Positions 23,128 through 31,127 of a DNA stretch of 31,127 nt are shown piece after piece. The stretch is taken from the NCBI GenBank assembly GCA_051530055.1, contig JBMGUZ010000031.1, forward strand, positions 1 to 31,127, in the 5' to 3' direction. Below the pieces are notes generated by a model. The model was not told where the DNA came from. It worked only from the letters and a program-made list of their open reading frames with translations, and made no database searches. The DNA comes from Neoechinorhynchus agilis. Lineage: Eukaryota > Animalia > Acanthocephala. The position numbers were made by a program, and so were the translations under genes. Numbering within the stretch: position 1 is the stretch's first letter; each line of letters opens with the position of its first letter.

Positions 23128-24200
23128 CGCTCCTCAGCTGTGGTTCCTGATCTCCCTCCGGTTTAACGATGGCGAATTTATTTTTGCTGGCTGCGAGGCC
23201 CCAGAAAAAGTATTTGCCTCCCTCGCCACGGGAATACTATGATACCGCCTGGTCTACGGCGGTCATCGAGTCGGCAAAGATTGCTCGGCCCTAGGATGTT
23301 GGGCGTTTTCACAGTATTCAGGGCACGGCTAAGGGAATTGCGTTCACTTCAGGGTGTCGTGAGTACCTCTCGTCTGATTGCCGACGGACGATTCCCGTGG
23401 CATCCCGATGGTTCCACAGTCGCTCCGCAACGGCAGCGATGGGATGTGCACATCGGTACCCCAAGTCTCAGGGACACTGCGGTCTTTACTGTCTCACCGG
23501 AGGGGACCGACAAAAGCGATTGGGATAGCTTGAAAATTTAATTGTTCATATAGGTTGTTTTCTGGCGTAGTAATCAAAATGATTTCAATTTCGACGTCAG
23601 AAAACAACCGATTCGGATAGCATTGAGCCAAGCACCCGATTATCTTGTAGAGACTGCCGCCAATCGAGTTCGGTTCACCAGTTCACGAGAATCTGAAATT
23701 AAAGAGTTATGAATTCTCGCTACCAGCCGCGAGTGTTAAACTGATTGTTTGCAACCATTGACGGGTACCTGCTCGCTGCCTGAATATCCACACCAAAGAT
23801 TAAGCGCCTCTACGAAATCTTCATCCAAAGTGTAATTCTCGCCAATAACGGAATTAATTATTTTGCGGATTGTTTCAAACGATCCCAAATAAGCTGAGAA
23901 ATATCGGCTGCTTTTCAGATACCCAAACCGCCGGGGACACAGGCAAAGACGCTTGACGCCATGCTTCGTCCGACAGCTGAGTATTTAAAATTCCCCGAGA
24001 GAGTCTTTCACCTTCTCGTCTAATTTTTCCAGCTTATCCTTATGTATAAAATAGGTGCTGTGCAAAGTTTATACATCAGTTTTGGAATGAAGAGGGTATT
24101 CTTGATCAGGAACAGATCCTCATGTGAAGATAATTCATCAACTCGTTCACACAGTACCCAAAGTTACGGTTGAAGATTGGCAATCTCTGCTTCCCTATTT
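23128..24200 (-). mobile_element. Old decayed CRE-clade retrotransposon, 3'-truncated at the satellite
   Basis: Minus-strand remnants LCERVDELSSHEDLFLIKNT, IPKLMY, AWRQASLPVSPGGLGI, RTRLAAVSTR.SGAWL, SLRLGVPMCTSHRCRCG and FPWR are collinear with CRE RT-thumb and RLE regions. Confidence 0.85.
23530..23608. mobile_element. 79-bp fold-back insertion into the old CRE, 13-bp TSD
   Basis: Arms ggttgttttctggcgt (23553-23568) and acgtcagaaaacaacc (23594-23609), TSD cgatt(g/c)ggatagc at 23517-23529 and 23609-23621. Excision rejoins the CRE coding sequence. Confidence 0.8.
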
Positions 24201-24852
24201 AATTTTAATATCCACTACTTATATTGCTTAAGAAATACACAACAATAAAGATTCGGTTGAGATTAGACACTCATAGAATTTGAGATTATTTTTTATTCGG
24301 CTTCAAAATAATTCGTATTCATTGCTAGACTGTATAATTTCATAGAAGCACAATTTTGCAATCCTAGAAAATACCTTTTTTCTGAATTAGTATTCTTAAT
24401 AAAGAATTTTTTGATCAGAGTAACCACTGTAACGAGTTTTATTTCCACATTTGAATGCTTCATGGAGATACCGTTGTTAAAAGTACTATTATCTATATAG
24501 TTTCAAATTTCAGCCTAATGGCAGTTCTTCAGTTCTGCAACATCGATGTGAAGAAATTGGACCCATCGTAGGTTTCTCTGAGAACGAATAATGGACTGTT
24601 TAAACTCACGTATTAAGCACATGTAAAGATTAACAAGCTGAACGTCGAGTACGCGACATTGGAAGACGCAAGATTTGCAGAATCATATTTTCGTTCCATT
24701 GTAACATATTGAAGCCATCAAAAGCTAACCGATTTCAAACTCGTGGATTCCACCCATCGGAGAAATTAGATTCAAGGAATCAAGCGTAAAATCATTGCTC
24801 ACGGCAGCGCCGAGGAAATAATGTAGAAATTTCAAATAGTAGTTCCTTTGCT

Positions 24853-25040
24853 GAACAAAAGAGAAGGTAAACTGAACAAGAAATGGTCGCAAAAAGCGAG
24901 CAAAAAAGAGAGGATTGACGGTACAAGAAATGGTGACAAAAGACGAGCAAAATAGAAGATTAACAGAACAAGAAATTGTGAAAAACGACGAGCACAAGAG
25001 AAGATTAACTCAAAAAGAAATGGTCGAAAACGACAAGCAA
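24853..25040 (+). repeat. 45-bp tandem repeat, about 4 copies, coding-like (EQKRRLTEQEMVxxD)
   Basis: Units begin ga(a/g)ca, contain agaag and caagaaatggt, and one unit has a stop or indel. Confidence 0.8.
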
Positions 25041-25286
25041 CAATGAAACTGAAGTTGAAGTGAAACGTTCAAGTCCTAATCGTACCGATATGTCAGTTCA
25101 GCGAGTTTCATCGTGTGGCGTTTCCATTGGCGCAACTCAATGATCATTGGTTCAAAGGGGACAATCCTTCTCCCAACCACAGCAGATAAATCGAAGCCAC
25201 CAACGATCGAGCAATGTTCCAATACGAGTGTTCAATCTGACTACATGACGTCTTGACCAGCGTACGGTGGAAGTTTTGTTCCACCA

Positions 25287-25778
25287 ATGAGCAGTCAACA
25301 GGAAGTTCCGTTAGATCTATCGATGCTGCGAGGACGCTATCCAGTACAACAAGACAACCAAGCGAATGCCTACTCGCAGCATTCTTACCAATTGCAAAGG
25401 TATCCGCAAACGTGGACCCCTTACGATTTGATTGCGGTTCAACATCAGGCGCAACCCATGAGCAATGCCTATAACAATTTCCAAGGAACTTCATTATCGA
25501 CAAATCAATCGATGCCAAATAGCATGGAAGTTTATCCTGGAGGATACTACACAGAAACTTCTTATGTTAATGAACGTCTTACACAGCAACTAAATCATCG
25601 AGGAAACCGATTCAATCAATCGAGAATAGTACATAATTTTCAAAACTATTACGACGATGGAGTGAGTACGAGTAGCAAAAGCCGAATAATTTTCAAAGAA
25701 TTCCCAAATTTCCTCTTATTAAGACAGGAACAAAATTCACGCGAATGCAAGTGCCGCAAGGAACAAATTATCAAATAG
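25287..25778 (+). pseudogene. Q/N/Y/S-rich low-complexity ORF remnant, function unknown
   Basis: 163-aa ORF containing PLDLS. In-frame stops lie just upstream, and no domain was recognised. Confidence 0.3.
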
Positions 25779-26439
25779 CTTACGATCCAAATGTGCGGTT
25801 CCTACTGAGCCATCGACGAAGCATTGGGTACCGATCACGCCGTTTATGCGAGAGGTTTATGATCCATCGAGCAGTTCGTTTTGGTTTACGGCGATACGAC
25901 CTTTTATTTTGAAACACTAAAGTCCATATGATTTTTCTATAAGCAAATATTCTCAAAATATTTGTGTATATAATATTTGTTTCGTTTGTTGATTATAGCG
26001 ATACAAACATGTGATTCACGTAGCATCCACGGTCGTCCAAATCCTTCCATAATTCATTTTCCATTTAATGTGATTTCAGTTTTCCTCGTAATACAACTTC
26101 CTCAAGAATATACAAAGGTGCGTGGAGATATGAAGTGCATCAAAGAAGCTACATCGAAGCGGAAATCGATCCAAGCTATCCTCAACGAATTAATTTTGTG
26201 CAGCATTTTACTTGAGCAGCGGGTTCTATTTGTCAAGCGATGCCTTAGAAACATTTTTATATAATAATAACACGCTTTATTAATGCACAAAGCGGATCCA
26301 TCTACCTTTTGGTTCTCATGAACACTCGAGTTATGATTGGATAAATTAATCTGGCTATTGATTTTGGAGTGGATTACGAATCCGGGCGGGTGAGTGGTGG
26401 GAATTGGTAGTCATTGTTTGCAGGAGCGCTTGTAAGGTT

Positions 26440-26900
26440 TTTCCTTCGTAAAGTTCATTTCAGGTTATGGTATCCGTGAAGATTGGGCTGCATGGAAAAA
26501 AGAGCGTAGGTTCGAGTTTAGGCGGATGAAATGAATTAGGATTACGAGTTTTGCACTCGTTGCATTTTGATTTTTAATGAAAATATTATCAAGGCTTTCG
26601 GTGAGCGGGTAAAAATCAACTGTGCAAATTTTAGAGACTCTTCTATGAAACGTTTCAAAGCAACGGATTTGTGATTGGGAAAGTTGGCTAAATTAAGGTG
26701 TAATAAAATTTGGAGATCGTACCAGGAGACTCCTAAATGGCTAAGGCGTTTGAGGAAATAAATTTTAAAGGTATTGCCTTTAAGGAGAAAATGTAATTTT
26801 CGACTTCCATTTCAGATTCCATTGAAATTTGAAACCTGGCATTCTGGGGGAGGTGACTCGTTGGATGTCATTTGGAAGATCGGGGTAGGATGTGGGGTTG
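26440..26900 (-). mobile_element. Decayed L2/CR1-like LINE 3' fragment (related piece at 31040-31110, plus strand)
   Basis: KIYFLKRLSHLGVSWYDLQIL and RNPNSFHPPK...SFFP resemble CR1/L2 ORF2 C-termini. ttttccatgc(a/t)gcccaatcttc(a/t)cggata(c/t)cataac(c/t)tgaaatga is shared with 31062-31105. Confidence 0.5.
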
Positions 26901-27011
26901 CGGGAGAATGAAGGCATCGTTTCGAAGCATTTAGAGTAACTCAGGTGGAGTTTGTGACTGTCGCAGAAATCTTTTATGTGTGTGATTTATTAAGTTCACA
27001 TCTCCACGCGC

Positions 27012-27062
27012 CTTTGTATATTCCCGAGGAAGCCGTAAGACTGCGAAAGCTTTAAAACAAAG
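27012..27062 (+). ncRNA. Hammerhead-like motif, one core substitution
   Basis: cuuugu...CCGAGGA-A-GCCGUAAGACUGC-GAAA-GCUUUA-aa-acaaag, with palindromic AAAGCUUU. The core has CCGA instead of CUGA. Confidence 0.55.
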
Positions 27063-27744
27063 ATTATCTTTATCATTACCACAACCCGTCCAAGTTTCAA
27101 TAAAAAACTTGATCGATCACGCGGCTGGAAAATCAAGTAATATTTCACAAAACTATATTAAAACATAGCGATCATTGGTGGAAAATAACGATGATTATAC
27201 GGAGTGTGGAATCTATCATTTAGGTAAATCTTTTATTTTAACGATGCAGCGGGATTTGAGATAAGCATAATGGTCTCACGATCCAAAATGACACTTTGAC
27301 GACAAAATTGCAACCGAAATCACTGCAACATAAGCCGAGTTTTGTCTTCTCGTATTTTTAGGGTTTGAAACAATTTTCTTTAAAATTTCCGTGCATAGGG
27401 CAGTCGCAGCGTAATAGAATATTAAATACCCAAGAATTTAGCAAGCTACATTAATGAGGAAAGATCTGAAAATGTCAGAATCGTCTTTTATTTATTAGTT
27501 GCCTTGAATAGATTTATTTTGCTGTTGTTAAGTTCTGAAATTTCGCAAAACGATTCTTGTCATTAAATGCCAGAATTCAAAAACGCAGACACGAACTTGC
27601 TGCTTTCAATTGAAACAGTCATTATTTCGGTTGTATTCTGGCGGAGAAATTAAAATGATTTTATTTTAAAATCCAGCTACTTATGTACTATATCGACTAC
27701 ATTTAAAAAGTGAAGTTAAGTTAAAATAAATAAAGATACCAAAA

Positions 27745-29653
27745 TATTCTCAATGGCGAATTGTAACACACTCGAGCTTTATTATTGAAATCAATCTTGC
27801 GAATTTTCAAGGTCTCAGCCTCCTCCCAGAGTATCTAAAAATGGACGTGAGCCTTGACTCGAGTGCGCAGGACCGTCGATTCCCGAGGTGATGTTTCACC
27901 CCCTGCACAAAAGACAAATGGAGATTCCTCGTCGGAAATCCTAGAGAATGATTGCTCTTGTTCCCTTCCATTGTGTCCTCCATGTCAATGAGCAGAGCCT
28001 CTATTATCAACCTGCTCTGTTGGTTCCTCTCGGCCATCATTGTAAACGCATTTTCAAAATCGATTCTGTAGTCGTTGTTGATAGCGTGATTGAACCTCAT
28101 GTTTCTCTACTCTTTTTCGCATCCCCTATTTTGTCTGTCCAACATTGACTTGGTCGCAATCCTTACAGGTTATCGAATATACCACGCATCTCCGTAATTT
28201 GTGATGGTCTCACTTTCAGTATCCCGCTCAGTTTGAGTCCTGACGAATAGTAGGGAACCAGATTCGTCGAACTCGGTTTTCTAGAAATGGGTGTCTGCAT
28301 GTTACCCATCCTCGTTGAGATGAACTGAACTCGAATGAATTTCTTCTTTAAACCGTCTCTAACATCACTTTTCGTCGTGCTCTTCACTCGAGCCAATGCC
28401 TTCCTTATAGAATATGTCGCGTACTCAAGGTCCTGAAGTTTTACAAAGATGCTCTCAATGTCCTTCCTCACCCTTTGATCATTGTTTACGATCTTTATGA
28501 CTCGCTTGAGGATGTTTGCTGCAGCATTGATTTTATAATTGGTAGGTTGTATCAACACATCTAACCCAAAAATCGAAACGAACGGGTTGATGTGCACGAG
28601 AGATTCTCGAGATGTCTCCGAAATGGTATAATGCGACCTTCTTAGCCGACGAGCCACTTCAAATAGAAGATCTTGAAGCTTTTAAAATGCCTTCATTTTC
28701 AGTGATTGGATTCGATGGATCATCGCAGATAGTCGGAAATTCATTTGGGAGATATGGACGGTTTGAGCCTTGAGCGAGGCGGACGACCTGACTGTGGTAA
28801 TTAAGGAACGTAACTATGTGCAAGCTCGAGCGGTCCGTGGCGGGTTTACTTGGCTTATTGAATAACGACGTCGTGATCAAGGTTCCTTGTTGTTGTATCA
28901 ACACATCTAAGAAGCTGATCCTTCCCTGCTCGTCCTTTGGGGTGATGCTCCACTTTATCAACGGATTTATTCCGTTCAATTGATCCCCTAACTTCATTTT
29001 AATAAGATCCTTGTTAGTCACTGCAAACACATCGTCAGCGTACCTCCACCACGCCACAATCACAGGAAACCTCAATCCCAGTTGCTTTTCATATTCGATC
29101 ATATAGATGTTGGCCAACGCTGGTCCTAACGGTGATCCCATTACAAATCCGTTCGTCTGGTCGTAGAATTTTCCTTCGAATGAGAACCCAGACGATCAAT
29201 CAGTACTGACCAATCATCCATATCCAGCTTGGGATCCAGACATCGTGCGGCCAAGATAGTTGCTTCCTTTATCGGTACGTTCGTAAATAGTGCCGTGAAT
29301 CTGCCGTCCAAAGGAAGTTGTTGCGAGGATCGAATATTCCGATTGCTTCAACGAATGGCGGGCCATCTTTAACGTATGATGCTGGAGTTTCCATGTTATC
29401 CCGAATTAGTGTGTTAATATCCTTTGCTAACTTGTGGCCAAACAAAGAGTAATATGCCAGTGATCGGTCTGACCTTCAGAAATGGTTTGTGGACCTCTGG
29501 TAGCAGGTACATGAAGCCCGGCTCCGCATTAGCAGATCTTATTCTCGCATACCAGTTTTGGGTAATTTTCCCGGCCCGGAGGCTGAGGCCTTGGAAATTC
29601 GCAAGATTGATTTCAATAAAACTCGAGTGTGTTACAATTCGTCATTGAGAATA
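27745..29653 (-). mobile_element. Penelope-like element relic (RT + GIY-YIG remnant) with inverted copy of its 3' end at its 5' side
   Basis: Contains YLLPEVHKP..VRPI, MGSPLGPALANIYM, WWRYADD, ISFLDV, LVPYYSSGLKLSGILK and RIDFENA...RLIIEALLI. Segment 27745-27823 is the inverted repeat of 29578-29653. Confidence 0.9.
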
Positions 29654-29747
29654 CACATCCACTCGAAGGAGCAATTGGATAGAATTATGCGGTATTTTAA
29701 TTTTCGTAAAGAAATTAATCATTATTGTTTCAATTTCAATTAGCGAT

Positions 29748-29933
29748 GTCCCCTTCGGTGTGGAAACGTATGGGGCCTTGGGAGGGTCGGCACTGGCCCT
29801 CGTGAAGGAATCGGGGAAACGAATCAACGCGGCGACTGGAGAGCCAAGATCGACTTCGTTCCTAGCCCAAAAAATAAGCATTGCGGTGCAGCGGGGCAAT
29901 GCGGCTAGCATTTTGGCCTGCGCCGATGAATAG
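29748..29933 (+). mobile_element. Very short 5'-truncated CRE 3' end
   Basis: VPFGVETYGALGGSALALVKESGKRINAATGEPRSTSFLAQKISIAVQRGNAASILACADE*, homologous to the end of 16391-17284. Confidence 0.9.
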
Positions 29934-29983
29934 GGGCGTCGAAGAAACTATAAATTATGTATACTCAGAAATAGATTTATATT

Positions 29984-30017
29984 GAAAATTTTCGGCCTTT
30001 TCGTTGGCCTTCTTCAG
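29984..30017 (-). ncRNA. Minimal hammerhead ribozyme core
   Basis: Minus strand CUGAAGA-A-GGCC-AACGAAAA-GGCC-GAAA-AUUUUC, where GAAAAUUUUC is a perfect palindrome. Proximal stem I pairs poorly. Confidence 0.7.
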
Positions 30018-30032
30018 TCAGATCTACAATTT

Positions 30033-30068
30033 AAAAGAAACATTATCAATAAAAGAAACATTATCAAT
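30033..30068 (+). repeat. 18-bp direct tandem duplication aaaagaaacattatcaat
   Basis: Two adjacent exact copies. Confidence 0.85.
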
Positions 30069-31127
30069 TAGTTTATCCGGTGGGACGCCCGACGCCTACA
30101 ATTTTGATTGATTTAAATTGTTAAACATTCATTGGCGAATACAACCACTAGAGATCAACAAAAAATTTGAATTGAACATTCTCAGAAAAGACAATTTCGG
30201 AATACAATTGCCTGCATCGTATTCTCCGCCGTGAACTGTAAGAAACGAAAAGTCAAAATTTGAAAAATTCTGAGCACCTTACTAGCAGCAATCGATAGAA
30301 ATGAAAATGGAATTTATTGATTGTTGTTGTGACGTTCCTAACAATCTCGCAAGACTGTCTGAATGTACACCTTTTTCTGTTGGAGTTTAACGAAAGGAGT
30401 GGTAATTTTGGAAGACACTCAATGAATCATCAACTCCATTCAGAGAAATGTTAGCAAATTCATAATTAAAAATTGCCAATAAATAATGTTCGGCCTTAGA
30501 GCAAATCGGATATTTCTATCCAACTGAAATTAGGCCGGGGACAGTAACCAAAATAAACCCGGCATCGAACCAAAAAGCGGTCTATTTAAGTAATTTCCTT
30601 GAAACGATTCGGTAGAAATGCTTGTTAAAAAACGAAAGAAACAAAAAACGTAATACGCCGGATTTTTTGTTGATTGAGAAAATGGAGTTGAATTTATTGA
30701 TTCCCTTTTTCACGAATATTCGTACGTTTCGTCGGATTTCTACAAATCTAAAAAATATGTCATTCGACGTCGAATCAAGAGTTGAGCTTAAACTCAGAAT
30801 ATAGCCATCCTGACATACCTTTCAGAACTGAGGACGTCCGACGAGGCATACCAGATATCGGGAATTAATATAGAATCAATCTCTATTTTCTCAATCACCA
30901 AACAAAATATGAACTGTAATTCTAGAACGAAATAACTTAGAATTTTTATGGCGTTCAAATCAGTCAGTATTATCCACTTAAGTTTAGAAGGTTAAATGAA
31001 TCGTGTTGCTTTCAATTGCAAACAATATGCCGTCTCGCGCCTCCCTCCACCTCCGCTCCTTTTTCCATGCTGCCCAATCTTCTCGGATATCATAACTTGA
31101 AATGAGCCTGGCATCCTATTTCGGCCG

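Larger units (their letters stand above)
15631..23235 (-). repeat. Right arm of giant inverted repeat
   Basis: Starts ctgttcaaaaattaaatg, the reverse complement of 7465-7482. Contains two segments absent from the left arm (16526-17372 and 17539-17895). Confidence 0.97.

Noticed and set aside
8-23235. Palindrome as a pure fold-back read or amplification chimera
   Set aside because: The arms differ by a CRE insertion, a 357-bp indel, SNPs and satellite order, and the centre is 8 kb of non-identical sequence. A haplotype misjoin is not excluded without reads.
24498-24532. Minus-strand ctgaaga-actgccattaggct-gaaa-tttg as an HHR
   Set aside because: Stem II is bulged, G occupies the cleavage position, and there is no stem I or PLE context. 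At best a relic.
30100-31030. Short ORF 30622-30804 and surrounding sequence
   Set aside because: No recognisable motif or structure.
1-31127. Telomeric simple repeats or a transposase that would identify the palindrome
   Set aside because: No TTAGG or TTAGGG-type arrays and no DDE, tyrosine recombinase, Helitron or polB motifs were seen, so the telomere-fusion and giant-transposon models remain unproven.

Overview
AT-rich eukaryotic repeat DNA, probably at or near a contig end; no prokaryotic genes, CRISPR, rRNA or tRNA were recognised. Bases ~8-23235 form one giant imperfect palindrome. The two arms (8-7482 and 15631-23235) are about 99% identical by eye outside the satellites. Each arm carries, from outside in, a CRE-retrotransposon relic, a ~240-bp satellite array, Penelope-like relics, a ~130-bp repeat and an inward-facing unknown ORF that may be spliced. 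The 8.1-kb core is not a mirror image: it holds two strongly diverged, decayed paralogous APE-RT LINEs lying head-to-head, and both join the arms at the same nucleotide. The right arm alone has a young 5'-truncated CRE insertion with an intact nuclease ORF and 357 bp that the left arm lacks. The window also contains many Penelope-type 3' ends and minimal hammerhead ribozyme (HHR) motifs. These include three tiny fold-back insertions that share one geometry: 12-13-bp target duplication, 20-25-nt tail, inverted arms, 25-26-nt spacer. Bases 23.2-31.1 kb are a retroelement graveyard (CRE, L2/CR1-like, Penelope) with one low-complexity ORF remnant. All alignments were done by eye; no database search was run.
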